A stretch of 64,000 nucleotides of DNA from an uncultured Hungatella sp. (GCA_947066955.1 CAMTAF010000004.1:484-64483), one strand, 5' to 3'; numbered from the stretch's first letter, positions 35,703 through 45,953 are shown. Notes: generated by a model from the letters alone, not told the origin. Numbers and translations: made by a program.

Positions 35703-38455
35703 TATTCGTCCTCCTGACCGGCGGTCCCTGTTTGGGAGCCGGCTCCTTTATTTTTTGAATTCATATTAATATAGTCGTAGATGTAAGCGATCTCGCTGAC
35801 CGGCAGTTCCACCTTATAGTGATTGGAAATCCCCTGGAAGCATTCTCTTACCTCTCCGATGAAGTCCTGATGGTGTTCCTCAAAATACTCCAGGTCCTGG
35901 TAGTTCTCAATGGCGGTTTTGGTCACCAGCCGCTCCACCAGGCAGCACAGATGAACATAGAGGCCGATCATGATTCTCCCCTCGATCCTCTGCCCTGTGA
36001 TCTTTTGGAGCCGTCTCACCGATTTTTCCACCTCATCCAAGAGCTTGTCCGGATTCAGGATGGTGATGGAGCCCACCACATTGTTCAAGGTGAAATTCTT
36101 GATCAGGTTCCGGTTAAAGACCTCCAGCTGCCTCTCATCCAGGTATTCGGAGAAGATGTCATTCAGCTGTTCCGTGGCGCTCATGGAGATCATATCCTCC
36201 AGGGGGATAAAGGGAACGCCCTGGATCTGGGGATTGTACAGGCCGATGACGCATTTGACCCGATACTGGTCAAAAACCTCGTCCCTGCTCCCGTTCCTGG
36301 CAAGACTCCGGTAATCGCAGGCAATAAAGTGCACCGGGATGGAGGCCTCGGAGATCTTCAGCAGAAGCTCCTTTAACTGTTCCGCGATATCCATGCCGTT
36401 TTCGCCGCTGAACAGGATGGCATCCTCCTTCTGCACGTTGTTGATAACCCGCCAGGTGCAGATGTTGTTCTCGCTGGCCCTCTGGAGGATGTCCTCGATA
36501 GCCATGTTGCCCAGGATTCCCATGCCGATGTCCACTGCCAGGGCCGTGGAAATGTTATTGATGATGCCGATGTTTACATTGGCTAAATGTTTCATCTCCT
36601 GATGAATCTGCTCCAGGCTCCCCATGTCCACCAGCAGGATGATATTTTTGCAGGTCACATAGTACTCCATGTGGCGCTCTAAGGTTCCCACGATATCCTG
36701 GCTCTGCATGTCAAGGGGCATGTCGATGGCGTCAAACACCTTTTTGCCGATGATCTGGTTGGCCGCATCCGCGATGCTGGAGGCAGTGGAATAGCCGTGG
36801 CTCAAGATGATCCCCGCCGTGGAGGCAAACCGGATCTGCTGATTCTGGCTTCTGATGTTCAGGAGCAGAAGCAGCTGATTTAGGCTGTCCGGCTCAATGT
36901 CCAGGCTCTGCTTCACAGCGCTGGTGATCCTGGCCGCCACTGCTGATTCCTTCTCTAAGTTCTGCCGGGCGCTGACCAGCAGGCTGTCTATGGCCTGGCT
37001 GTTGTCTTTCTGCCACCGGGTGATGATGTGGTCTCCCCGAAGCTGGATGTACAGGCAGCGGGCCAGGAGATAGCTGTACTTTTTGGACAGGCTGATGCCG
37101 TAGAGCTCCCCGGTGCTCTCAAAGATCTGGTTGATCAGCTGTTCGTAGGTGCTGATCTTTGTGTTTACCAGCTTTCTCCCGTAGATCAGGTAGTCATAGT
37201 AATCATTGGCATGGCGGTAGCACCGGTTTAACAGCTCCTCAAAGCTCATGGTGCCTTTCTGGTAATCCTGGTACTCGCTTAAAATCATCTGAAAATACTG
37301 GACCGTCTGCTCATAGGAGTCGGCCTTGGCGTAACTGCCCATGTGGACGACCCGCTCTTCCCTTTTGTCCGTCTCCACCTTCAAGCCTGACAGGATGTAA
37401 TCCGGCAAATGGTAGGTGCGGATCACAATCCCGTCCTGGCTTTTTTCCAGATAAGCCCCTGCACAGCTGCTGGTGATGCAGGATTTCAGCTGGTCGATGT
37501 TGTTTTCAAAGGGGTATTCCAGGATGCACTGGAAGGCATTCTGGCTGATGCTCACATCCACCCCCATGCGCCGTCCCTCTCTCTTTAAAAACGATACCGT
37601 CATCTCCTCTTTCTCGTCAGCTGTACGCTCTGCCAGGGAGGGGACAGGGATCACCATGGGAACCCGGCGGGTGAGGGCCTTGAACATGGCCTCACCCGGA
37701 GGTCTCGATGTGGCAAAAACCAGTCTCGCGCTGGAGCTGAATGTCTTTCTCTCCTCATGGATCATCCTGTACTGTCCGGATATTAAATATGAAAAAATCA
37801 GTTCTTGTCCCGCGGGTGAGAGACGGTCGATCTCGTCAAAAAACAGGATTCCGCCGTCACCCTGTGACAGCCACCCTTTCCCGTCCTCTTCTCCGCAGAG
37901 ATTTCTGGCAAATTTATCGGTATCCTGGGAATACTCGGTGCAGTCTATGGCAATGTACTGCCGCTCCTTTCCGATGACCCCCTCATTCTTTCCGTACTCA
38001 AACATCAGTCTGGAGAGAAAGGACTTGCCTGTACCGTTGGCGCCGTACAGTAACACAGGCAGGCCGTTGGGCGGATAATGGATAGCGGCTTTGCACTGTT
38101 CCACACAGGCCGCAAGGCTCAAGTGATGTCCCACTGCCTTTTGAAAATCTCGTTTGGATTCACCGCTTTGACATTTCAAAAGAAATTCATCCAGGCCTGA
38201 AAACACTCCCGTGTCCAGGCTGGTCTGCCAGAACCGTTCGATGCTTCTGCGATGGAAAAAATACACGGGGCGGGAGTTGACCTTCACTGCCTGCTTCTCC
38301 TTTACCAGCTCATTGAGATACTGGCTGGCCAGATTTCTGGAGATGTTCAGGGTCTCGCTGATGTCGTTTGCCGTAAAACGCCTCAAATCCCTCAGTGAAA
38401 AATCCCTGCTGATCTTTTCCAGATAGCTGTATACCTCTTCCTTCGTGCTGAGCAT
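35702..38455 (-). CDS. LevR/DagR-type AAA+ PRD regulator (HTH-AAA-PRD-EIIA-EIIB-like-PRD)
   Basis: SRNLASQYLN, GANGTGKS, LFFDE, RRVP, SHGYSTASS, LVDMGSL; GAFTGA loop absent. Confidence 0.88.
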   Translation of the reverse strand: MLSTKEEVYSYLEKISRDFSLRDLRRFTANDISETLNISRNLASQYLNELVKEKQAVKVNSRPVYFFHRRSIERFWQTSLDTGVFSGLDEFLLKCQSGESKRDFQKAVGHHLSLAACVEQCKAAIHYPPNGLPVLLYGANGTGKSFLSRLMFEYGKNEGVIGKERQYIAIDCTEYSQDTDKFARNLCGEEDGKGWLSQGDGGILFFDEIDRLSPAGQELIFSYLISGQYRMIHEERKTFSSSARLVFATSRPPGEAMFKALTRRVPMVIPVPSLAERTADEKEEMTVSFLKREGRRMGVDVSISQNAFQCILEYPFENNIDQLKSCITSSCAGAYLEKSQDGIVIRTYHLPDYILSGLKVETDKREERVVHMGSYAKADSYEQTVQYFQMILSEYQDYQKGTMSFEELLNRCYRHANDYYDYLIYGRKLVNTKISTYEQLINQIFESTGELYGISLSKKYSYLLARCLYIQLRGDHIITRWQKDNSQAIDSLLVSARQNLEKESAVAARITSAVKQSLDIEPDSLNQLLLLLNIRSQNQQIRFASTAGIILSHGYSTASSIADAANQIIGKKVFDAIDMPLDMQSQDIVGTLERHMEYYVTCKNIILLVDMGSLEQIHQEMKHLANVNIGIINNISTALAVDIGMGILGNMAIEDILQRASENNICTWRVINNVQKEDAILFSGENGMDIAEQLKELLLKISEASIPVHFIACDYRSLARNGSRDEVFDQYRVKCVIGLYNPQIQGVPFIPLEDMISMSATEQLNDIFSEYLDERQLEVFNRNLIKNFTLNNVVGSITILNPDKLLDEVEKSVRRLQKITGQRIEGRIMIGLYVHLCCLVERLVTKTAIENYQDLEYFEEHHQDFIGEVRECFQGISNHYKVELPVSEIAYIYDYINMNSKNKGAGSQTGTAGQEDE

Positions 38456-38705
38456 ATCCTGTCTCCTGTCTGAATGAAATTTCCTGGTACGTCTATCATT
38501 ATACTGAATTTTCTAAAAATTAAAATAGTCCTTTGTGCATTTCGCCACTTTCTCCTGGGATTCATCAATAATTACAGGGAATTTATGACAAATTTGCCGT
38601 GATTCGACACTTGTCTCGACACTTGATTGACAGAATTGTGGTATGATATCCTTAGAAAAACCCATATGGCCTCCGGGCCAGATGAAAAAGAAAGGACAAC
38701 CATCT

Positions 38706-39548
38706 ATGAACAGAAACGGAATCCGGCTGGCTGCCTTGGATTTAGACGGGACGCTGCTCCGCGATGATAAAACCATCTCTGATTACACCCTGTCCACTCT
38801 GGAAAAGCTGACAAAGGCCGGCATCCTGGTGGTGCCTGCCACGGGAAGAAACTTAGAGGGCCTGAACGACAATATTCTGCGGGTTCCCGGGATTTCCTAT
38901 GCAGTCTGCTCCAACGGCGCTCAGGTTTTCCGGATTGACCATCGAAAACTTCTCTGGGAAGCGGCGATCCCTTTGGAAGATGCTGTCGCCGCCATCCGGT
39001 ATCTCCAGGAATTTCCCACCTTCCTCTATGTCCACACAGAGGAGGGAACTTTTCGCTCCGGCAACTGGCGGGATACGGACTTAAAAAAGCGGTTCCCCTT
39101 CATCCGCTTTGAAGAAAATAATGTGCCCGACCTGCCCGCGTTTGTGGAGGAAAAGCAGCTCCGGGTCATCAAGATCGGGGTGTTTGTCCTGGATGACAGG
39201 ACATTTGGCCGGCTTCTTGAAAAAGGAAGCCCCATGCCCTCCATATCCCAGTTCCGCACCGGCCCCTGCAACTTAGAGCTGAACTCTGCCAGGGCCTCCA
39301 AGGCTTATGGGGTGGAGGCTCTCTGCCGCCATCTAAACCTCTCCATGGACCAGGTGCTGGCCGTGGGAGACAATCAGAACGACATCTCCCTGCTGCGGAT
39401 GGCCGGCGTCTCCGCGGCCATGGGCAACAGCGAGGAGGATGTGAAGACAGCAGCGGCGTATGTCACAGGGACCAACCAGGAGGATGGGGCGGCGCGGTTC
39501 CTTGAGGGGTACTTCGGTCTGCCACCAAGAACGTGCTGCAAAGATTGA
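38706..39548 (+). CDS. Cof-type HAD-IIB phosphatase
   Basis: LDLDGTLL, ATGR, CSNGA, SKAYG, GDNQNDISLL. Confidence 0.92.
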   Translation: MNRNGIRLAALDLDGTLLRDDKTISDYTLSTLEKLTKAGILVVPATGRNLEGLNDNILRVPGISYAVCSNGAQVFRIDHRKLLWEAAIPLEDAVAAIRYLQEFPTFLYVHTEEGTFRSGNWRDTDLKKRFPFIRFEENNVPDLPAFVEEKQLRVIKIGVFVLDDRTFGRLLEKGSPMPSISQFRTGPCNLELNSARASKAYGVEALCRHLNLSMDQVLAVGDNQNDISLLRMAGVSAAMGNSEEDVKTAAAYVTGTNQEDGAARFLEGYFGLPPRTCCKD

Positions 39549-39618
39549 ATCCGGAAAATCTATTCCCAAAGAGCATAAGCTGATCGAGGTATAGAAGTAC
39601 GGCAGGACGGAAAAAGAC

Positions 39619-39652
39619 CCATCAGCTAGCTTGCCGGCGACTGATGGGTCGA
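39619..39652. terminator. Hairpin between convergent genes
   Basis: GACCCATCAG...CTGATGGGTC 10-bp arms; coordinates approximate. Confidence 0.5.
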
Positions 39653-39714
39653 ATGATGATTGCATTAGCAATCAGTAATTCACCAAAAAAAGGGCTAATG
39701 TCTTATTTATGCGC

Positions 39715-40059
39715 CTACTGGATCTCCTCCAGATAAAACTCATCCTGACAGCACCGCCCCTGGTTCTTCACCAGAAGCGCGTATTCATCATACCGTTTCA
39801 TTCCATTGGCCCGTAGGATCTGTCCGATATTCTGTCTGGAAGGGGGAACAATCCGGCTTTGAACCCATCTCATACTCCATTCCGGGCTTACCTTGCAGAG
39901 ACCACGTTTCCAGAAAGATGCCATAACAAACGGTAGTTCATTGGACACCGCATACTCTGGAATATCAATTGTAAATTCTTTCTTTTCTTCATCATAGTTG
40001 AGAACCGACAGAATTTTATTCCGGTCAATCTGATCATTTTTGATTGCGTACCGTTTCAA
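39715..40059 (-). CDS. Conserved hypothetical protein of the type that accompanies HipA-like kinases
   Basis: WSMRWVQSRIVPPSRQNIGQIL...GRCCQD; AT-rich; TTG start. Confidence 0.6.
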   Translation of the reverse strand: MKRYAIKNDQIDRNKILSVLNYDEEKKEFTIDIPEYAVSNELPFVMASFWKRGLCKVSPEWSMRWVQSRIVPPSRQNIGQILRANGMKRYDEYALLVKNQGRCCQDEFYLEEIQ

Positions 40060-40100
40060 AATAACACCACCTTTGCCATATCATTTCCCATATTTTTTCT

Positions 40101-40315
40101 CTACTGATCAAACAATGGGGCCAGCCGCACAGTTTCTGTCTGAATATCCCGCAGTACTTCCCATATCGAAAAAGGCGTCAAATGCTATCTTCTCCTCGTT
40201 TTCTTTTCGAAAATTCAAAGATGCGCTAATCCATGTATCCAGTTCCTGGAGACATCTTACGCTGGGCCCAGTCCAAATGTCTGCAGTCCTGTAACTCCAA
40301 TACAAGGTCTTCCAT
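40101..40315 (-). pseudogene. Internally deleted remnant of a HipA-like kinase gene
   Basis: Three fragments in different frames: MEDLVLELQDCRHLDWAQRKMSPGT, SLNFRKENEEKIAFDAFF, TVRLAPLFDQ*. Confidence 0.5.
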
Positions 40316-40470
40316 CTCTCACGCCCTCTTTCCCATTGAACTGCTACAAGATTCTCACTGCTTTATCCGATTTTATCACAAGAACCTGGGGCAGGCAAGG
40401 GGATCATAATGGGCATTACTGCCCTCTAATGTGCAGACCTGCCCCAGCCGGGGCATATCTGCATATTTCC

Positions 40471-42294
40471 TCACCGCTCCCCTTTATAGTTATCCGGCAG
40501 GCTCTCCCACCGTTTTTTCAGCAGAAAGGCCGCTGTCTTCGGCTGCCTCTGCCTGGTAAAGATCCCCTTCTTGTTGCCGTTGACCCGCATGATTCCCTCC
40601 GTGGTCTGGAAATCCGCGAAGTTCCACACCTGCTCTCCCACCACGAAATCCAGGGAGTCAAAGACCTCATGGATCAGCTCCAGGACCTCCTCCTGATACT
40701 CCTGGCTCCACATCACCGAGGGGAGCTTGTGCTCCATGGCCGAGGTGTCTGTGCCGTACTCTGTAAACATAAAGGGTTTGTCCGGCTCCACCTCTTTCCA
40801 CTGTCTCATCTCCTCCCGGAAATCCTCAAAAGCGTCGGAGATCTCATACCCGCCTTTGATGTACCATCCATAATATCGGTTGAGGCAGATAAAATCGCTG
40901 AACTGATGGCATTTACAGGTATAGGGGCCTGAATTTTTGATCTCGGCGAAGGTTCTGGGCCGCTTCTGGGGATCCAGGGCCAGGGCGTGGGCAAACACCT
41001 TCTCAAAGTAAGGCACGCTCTCATCCGTGGTGGTCTCCGGCTCGTTCAAAAGGCTCCAGGCCACCACGCTGGGGTGGTTCTTGTCCCTGGCGATCAGCTC
41101 CTCGATATCTCTTAGATGGCGGCGAAGAAGCTGGGGAATGGTATCTAAAGAGAAAAAGCACGTCACCTTGCCGTTTGTCACGTCCACAAAATTCTTGGTG
41201 CTCTTGAACAGCCCCACAGCCGCCACCTCGTCGATGATCAGAAACCCCTCCCGGTCCGCCATGCGGTAGATTTCCTCGTCGTAGGGGTAATGGGAAGTGC
41301 GGAAGGAATTGGCCCCGATCCATTTCATCAGTTCAAAGTCCCTCTTCATCATACAGATGTTAAAGCCCCGCCCCGCCACGTCGCTGTCCTCGTGTTTTCC
41401 AAAGCCTTTCAGATACACCGGACTGCCGTTGACGAGAAATTTGGTCCCCTTGATCTCCACTGTGCGGATTCCGATCTGGTCTTCATACTCATCTGTCAAA
41501 ACGCCGTCCCGATACAGCCGGATCCGCATGGTGTACAGATAAGCGTTCCTCACCTGCCAGAGACGGGCATTGTTCACCAACAAGGTTCCTTCTCTGCCCT
41601 GCCCCCTGGCCGCGCGCCTTCCCTCCGCGTCCAGAAGCTCCACCTCCACCTGGCCCTCTCCCACGGTCTCCACCTGGTAGCGGACCCTGGCGTCAGTTCC
41701 CTCCAGCTCATAGGCTGTGCTGTAATCAAAGATGTACTCCTCGGGGCAGATCACCAGGTTCACGGAGCGGTGAAGTCCGGCGTAGTTGTAGAAATCAAAA
41801 TAGGGGGCTGCCTTCTTTTTTCCGTTTTTCAGTGTAATGGTAGCCCCACAGGGGAGGTTGGCCGTGGACAGCTCATTGTTCACTGCCACAGAGATCCTGT
41901 TCTTCCTGTCAAATTCCACCAGCCCGGAGATATCTATGGAGAAGGGCAGAAATCCTCCCTCATGCCTTCCCGCCGGATGCCCGTTGACATACACGTCGGC
42001 AAAATGGGTGGCGCAGCCGAACCGGAGAAAGATTTTCTTTCCCTCATAAGCCGAGGGAACCATCACGTCCGTCTCATACCACACATCTCCCACAAACTCC
42101 CGGATCTCCTTTGTGGTGTAAAAATCCTGGAAACTGGCAGGCACCGGAATCATGTCATAGCCCGAAAGTCCTTCCTGCCACCGCTCCTCCCGGCCCTGAC
42201 CCTCCCAGTCGATCCGAAATTTCCACATGCCGTCCAGGCTGCGAACCTGGCGGCTCACCGTATTTACTGGATATAAAACCGAATACTCTAACAT
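40471..42294 (-). CDS. uidA: Beta-glucuronidase (GH2), Loop-1 type
   Basis: FRTSHYPY, acid/base NEP, NRYYGWY, nucleophile TEYG, WNFADF, N-K motif GNKKG; loop length after AVG similar to E. coli GUS. Confidence 0.88.
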   Translation of the reverse strand: MLEYSVLYPVNTVSRQVRSLDGMWKFRIDWEGQGREERWQEGLSGYDMIPVPASFQDFYTTKEIREFVGDVWYETDVMVPSAYEGKKIFLRFGCATHFADVYVNGHPAGRHEGGFLPFSIDISGLVEFDRKNRISVAVNNELSTANLPCGATITLKNGKKKAAPYFDFYNYAGLHRSVNLVICPEEYIFDYSTAYELEGTDARVRYQVETVGEGQVEVELLDAEGRRAARGQGREGTLLVNNARLWQVRNAYLYTMRIRLYRDGVLTDEYEDQIGIRTVEIKGTKFLVNGSPVYLKGFGKHEDSDVAGRGFNICMMKRDFELMKWIGANSFRTSHYPYDEEIYRMADREGFLIIDEVAAVGLFKSTKNFVDVTNGKVTCFFSLDTIPQLLRRHLRDIEELIARDKNHPSVVAWSLLNEPETTTDESVPYFEKVFAHALALDPQKRPRTFAEIKNSGPYTCKCHQFSDFICLNRYYGWYIKGGYEISDAFEDFREEMRQWKEVEPDKPFMFTEYGTDTSAMEHKLPSVMWSQEYQEEVLELIHEVFDSLDFVVGEQVWNFADFQTTEGIMRVNGNKKGIFTRQRQPKTAAFLLKKRWESLPDNYKGER

Positions 42295-42375
42295 GCTATC
42301 TCCTCTCTTCCTTTTTATTTGCACAGGCTTATCCTATCCTCCTTGGCGGAACGTCTGCCCTGCTTCGGACCGCCG

Positions 42376-43434
42376 TCAGCGGTCAATGGCTCTGTCCGCG
42401 CTTACCTGCTGCCCGCAAAATATTTTTTTCCCTGTCCACGGTTCCTCTTCTCTGCTCCAAAAATCATCTGTTTCCGGAAGCCCCAGAGCCAAAAATACCG
42501 CTGTGCACAGATACAGGCTCCCTGTATTGATATACCTCTCCGCAAGTCCTGGCTGTAATCCGCAGACTCCGGGGACCAGCCACCCTGCCTCATCCACAAT
42601 GCCGCTTTTCATAATCCGCCTGATTACTGCCGTGAGACCGCAGCGAACCTGGGACGGGCTGACACCGTCCGGAAGGCTGTGAAAAAGGGCCATCTGGGAG
42701 AGGGTCTGAAACGCACCAAAGCGATAGCACACAGACCTTCCTACCACGGGATACGCCCCCTCCGGGGAGATCAGCCTCTCCAAAACCCCGCCATACCGCC
42801 GGGAGCGCTCCAGCACGGTCTCATATTCCTCCTGCCACCTTGGAAACTGTCCCATAATGTCCAGCAGCATAGGCTGTATCACGAAACTGTTATAATAATC
42901 CCAGTGAAACCAGGGACCGTCCCCGTAGATTCCGTCTCCCTTGTACCAATCGAGAACCTGTCTCACACTTTTTTCGATCCGTCTCTCATCATAATCCGCG
43001 CCTAATACACAAAGTCCTGTTTCCACCATGGCGCTAAAAAGCACCCAGTTATTGTTGAGCGGTTCTATTTCCCGGGACAGATTCAGGCATTTCACCAGAT
43101 TTTCCCTGACCTCTTTCTCCATAGGTTCCGCCAGCTGTCCGGGCGCCCGCAGGAAAGCATTGCACAAAAAGGCCGCATCCACAAGGGGCCGTCTCTCCCC
43201 TTTTCCTCCAAACAGAAGAAAGTCCTCCGATTCCGGGTTCACCCCGTTGGCCAGAGCCCTGTGAAACCACTGCCTGTAAACTTTCTGGATCTGACCTTCC
43301 CTGCCAGAAACATCTTTAAGCTCCAACCACGGACTGATTCCATACACGCTTCTTCCGAAGGCCTCCAGACAGGCATTCTTTTGGCAGGCCGGATTGATGT
43401 TTGGAAGTGAATCTTTCAGCCTCCCCTCTACCAC
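42376..43434 (-). CDS. DUF2264 family protein (possibly N-terminally short)
   Basis: LEAFGRS, LVDAAFL, NNNWVLF, YKGDGIYGDG, DYYNSFVI, GRSVCYRFG, YINTGSLY. Confidence 0.8.
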   Translation of the reverse strand: MVEGRLKDSLPNINPACQKNACLEAFGRSVYGISPWLELKDVSGREGQIQKVYRQWFHRALANGVNPESEDFLLFGGKGERRPLVDAAFLCNAFLRAPGQLAEPMEKEVRENLVKCLNLSREIEPLNNNWVLFSAMVETGLCVLGADYDERRIEKSVRQVLDWYKGDGIYGDGPWFHWDYYNSFVIQPMLLDIMGQFPRWQEEYETVLERSRRYGGVLERLISPEGAYPVVGRSVCYRFGAFQTLSQMALFHSLPDGVSPSQVRCGLTAVIRRIMKSGIVDEAGWLVPGVCGLQPGLAERYINTGSLYLCTAVFLALGLPETDDFWSREEEPWTGKKIFCGQQVSADRAIDR

Positions 43435-44561
43435 ACAAACAATTCCTTATCTGCCAGCTTAAGTAATGCTTCAATAAAGAAGTAATCGCCGTAAATGAGG
43501 GGATGATTGTGCCTGTCGCCCTCAAAAGCTACCGTACAGCGCTCCAAAAGATGATCCGTCTTCCGGCTCCAGCTTAAACACTCCCGGTCCAGAGTCTGCA
43601 AAAGCCGGACAGCCCTGTCCCGGTAAAGCCGACAGTCCGCCTCACCCACATACTTTGACAGCTCCAAAAGGCCGCATGCCCCGCAGGCGGCGGCTGAATC
43701 ATCTTCCCAGCCGCACTCCGGCGGCTGGCGGAAATCCGCTGGGATCAGATTATTTTCAGGAATATTTGCCAGGAAATAGTTGGCGATCCTCTGGGACGTG
43801 TAGAGATACTCCCTGTCTCCCGTGTGGATATAGCTCAGCAAAAATCCATAGATCCCCCACGCCTGGCCTCTGGTCCATGAGGACCCCTCCCCATATCCCT
43901 GGCCGCCGTGCTCCCTGACAAATTCCCCTGTATCAGGGTCCAGCTCCACGATATGGCGCACCGAATTGTCTTCCCTGACAAAGTGCCTGAGAGCCGTCTT
44001 CCCGTGACCATCCGCCACCTGGAGATACCGGGGATCCTCTGTCTCCTCCCAGGCCCAGTACAGAAGAGGCAGGTTCATCATACAGTCAATAATAGCCCAG
44101 CCGGTATGCTTCTGTCCTCCCCATTCATTCCAGGCCCTCAAAAAACGGCCTGCCGGATTGTACCGCCCGGCAAGAAGCTGGGCGGCAAGAAGTCCTCGAT
44201 TCCGGGATTCAGAACTGCCCATTATCCGGTAATCCGCCACCGCGGACAGCAGCCACTTAAATCCGTTGTCATGATCCAGCTTTTCCGCCATAAGAAAATT
44301 CCGGTCCAGTTTTTCCTCTGTCTCCTCCGCCGCCTGCCGGTACACTGCTTCTCCGGTCAGGTGATGCATCTGCCACATGATCCCCGGCCAGAACCCGTTG
44401 GTCCACCAGTAGACTTTGGATTCTGACATGTCATTGTACACACCGCTTTCCGACAAATAGGGAATCTTGTGAACGTTTCTCACCGCCACATCATACATCT
44501 TGGCCTCTATCTTTCCTATGGTCTGGTCAACCCAGATTTTTTGTTCCTTTGTTATCTTCAC
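43428..44561 (-). CDS. GH88 unsaturated glucuronyl hydrolase
   Basis: WWTNGFWPG, DHDNG, IIDCMMNL, QG....SSWTRGQAWG, DDSAA, YGDYFFIEAL. Confidence 0.9.
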   Translation of the reverse strand: MKITKEQKIWVDQTIGKIEAKMYDVAVRNVHKIPYLSESGVYNDMSESKVYWWTNGFWPGIMWQMHHLTGEAVYRQAAEETEEKLDRNFLMAEKLDHDNGFKWLLSAVADYRIMGSSESRNRGLLAAQLLAGRYNPAGRFLRAWNEWGGQKHTGWAIIDCMMNLPLLYWAWEETEDPRYLQVADGHGKTALRHFVREDNSVRHIVELDPDTGEFVREHGGQGYGEGSSWTRGQAWGIYGFLLSYIHTGDREYLYTSQRIANYFLANIPENNLIPADFRQPPECGWEDDSAAACGACGLLELSKYVGEADCRLYRDRAVRLLQTLDRECLSWSRKTDHLLERCTVAFEGDRHNHPLIYGDYFFIEALLKLADKELFVW

Positions 44562-44645
44562 AATGCCGGTCTCCCTTCCCTCAAGATAAACGTCAGGCGC
44601 CGCCGGACGGCAAAGCCATCCCCGCGGCGCCCCGCATCCCGTCTC

Positions 44646-45953
44646 TTACTGCTGATTCTCAGCCTCCTCCTTGAGGAACTGGTTGTCCAGCATCTTGATA
44701 AACGGCATCCACAGAAGGAAACCAAAGGCAAAGGTAACAAACGTGATCACCACTGCCCACGGATTAAAGTTGGTAGCGATCAGCTGCTTTAAGAACGGCG
44801 GTGTGGTCCACGGAACATCATAGATGGGAATCGCCCCTGTAATTTTCATCAGCAGGTAAGCCAGTCCGGCCTGAAGGGGCTCGCTTAAAATCCACGGGAT
44901 AAAGATCGTGGGGTTCATCACTGCCGGAAGACCAAAGACAAAGGGCTCATGGATATTGAAAATAGCCGGGATCAGGATAGTCTTTTTCATGGCCTTGGCC
45001 CGCTGGGACTTGCCCAGAACGCACAGGGCCACGATCTCCGACAGCTTACAGTGGTTGGTGTACACACGGAAAGCGGCGGTCATAAGGAAGGGCAGGGCCG
45101 CGCCCGCGTTGTAGGCCTCCAAGTTCATAGCCATGGCAACCAGTGCCGCCGGCTGCCAGATGGGCGTTAAGATCAGGTTGGTTCCGTGCAGTCCGAAGAA
45201 CCACAGAACCTGGGCGATAAACAGCAGGAACATAAACACCCAGATATTGTTGGACAGGTTCAAAAACGGCTTTGTGATCAATGTGCTGATACACTCAGAC
45301 AAGGTTCCGTATGGCGTCAGCTGGAACAGCAGGCGGATCGCCATAAACAAAAGCACCGTAGCCCCCATGGGGATCATGGCCAGGAAAGGCTTCATCACAT
45401 TGGGCGGAACCGTGTCCGGCAGCTTGATGGTCAGGTTCTTGTGCTCCAGCCAGGCGAACACGGAGATAGACAGGATCGCTACGATCAGCGCCGGAAATAT
45501 CCCGCCGGCTCCTAAAACTCCCGTGTCAATGACGCCGGAGACCACTGTGGCGATCTTCTCCTCCCCCACAGCAACCTCTGTGGCTTTCTCGAAAGGAGTC
45601 ACCAGAAGAAAGCAGATCACCGCCGTGGTGATGCCGTAAAATTTGTCCACCTGCCTGCCCTCGCTGTAATAGTAGGCTGTACCCAAAAGAGCGTACAGAG
45701 CGATGATTCCCAGTGTGGCGGCATTGATGGGGCCGAAAAATGTCTTAAAGGCAGCGGACAGCGGCGGACAGAACTGATCCAGATACGGAAAGCTGCTTAG
45801 AATCAGCGCCACCGAGGCGATCATGGTGGCCGGAAGCGTGGACATCATGCCGTCCTTGATTCCGGAGATGACGATGTTATTGTTGAGCACTTCCGCCACA
45901 GGCGTCATGTATTTGTCCAATGCCGCCTCCAGCTTGTTCATAAACCCATTCAT
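44646..45953 (-). CDS. PTS Lac/Cel-family EIIC
   Basis: IKDGM, LPDTVPPNV, WFFGLHG, FNIHEPFVFGLP, PWTTP. Confidence 0.92.
   Translation of the reverse strand: MNGFMNKLEAALDKYMTPVAEVLNNNIVISGIKDGMMSTLPATMIASVALILSSFPYLDQFCPPLSAAFKTFFGPINAATLGIIALYALLGTAYYYSEGRQVDKFYGITTAVICFLLVTPFEKATEVAVGEEKIATVVSGVIDTGVLGAGGIFPALIVAILSISVFAWLEHKNLTIKLPDTVPPNVMKPFLAMIPMGATVLLFMAIRLLFQLTPYGTLSECISTLITKPFLNLSNNIWVFMFLLFIAQVLWFFGLHGTNLILTPIWQPAALVAMAMNLEAYNAGAALPFLMTAAFRVYTNHCKLSEIVALCVLGKSQRAKAMKKTILIPAIFNIHEPFVFGLPAVMNPTIFIPWILSEPLQAGLAYLLMKITGAIPIYDVPWTTPPFLKQLIATNFNPWAVVITFVTFAFGFLLWMPFIKMLDNQFLKEEAENQQ

Noticed and set aside
35702-35760. sigma54 -24/-12 promoter for the mannose-family PTS
   Set aside because: No TGGC-N8-TGC motif seen, and the regulator stop overlaps the EIIB start
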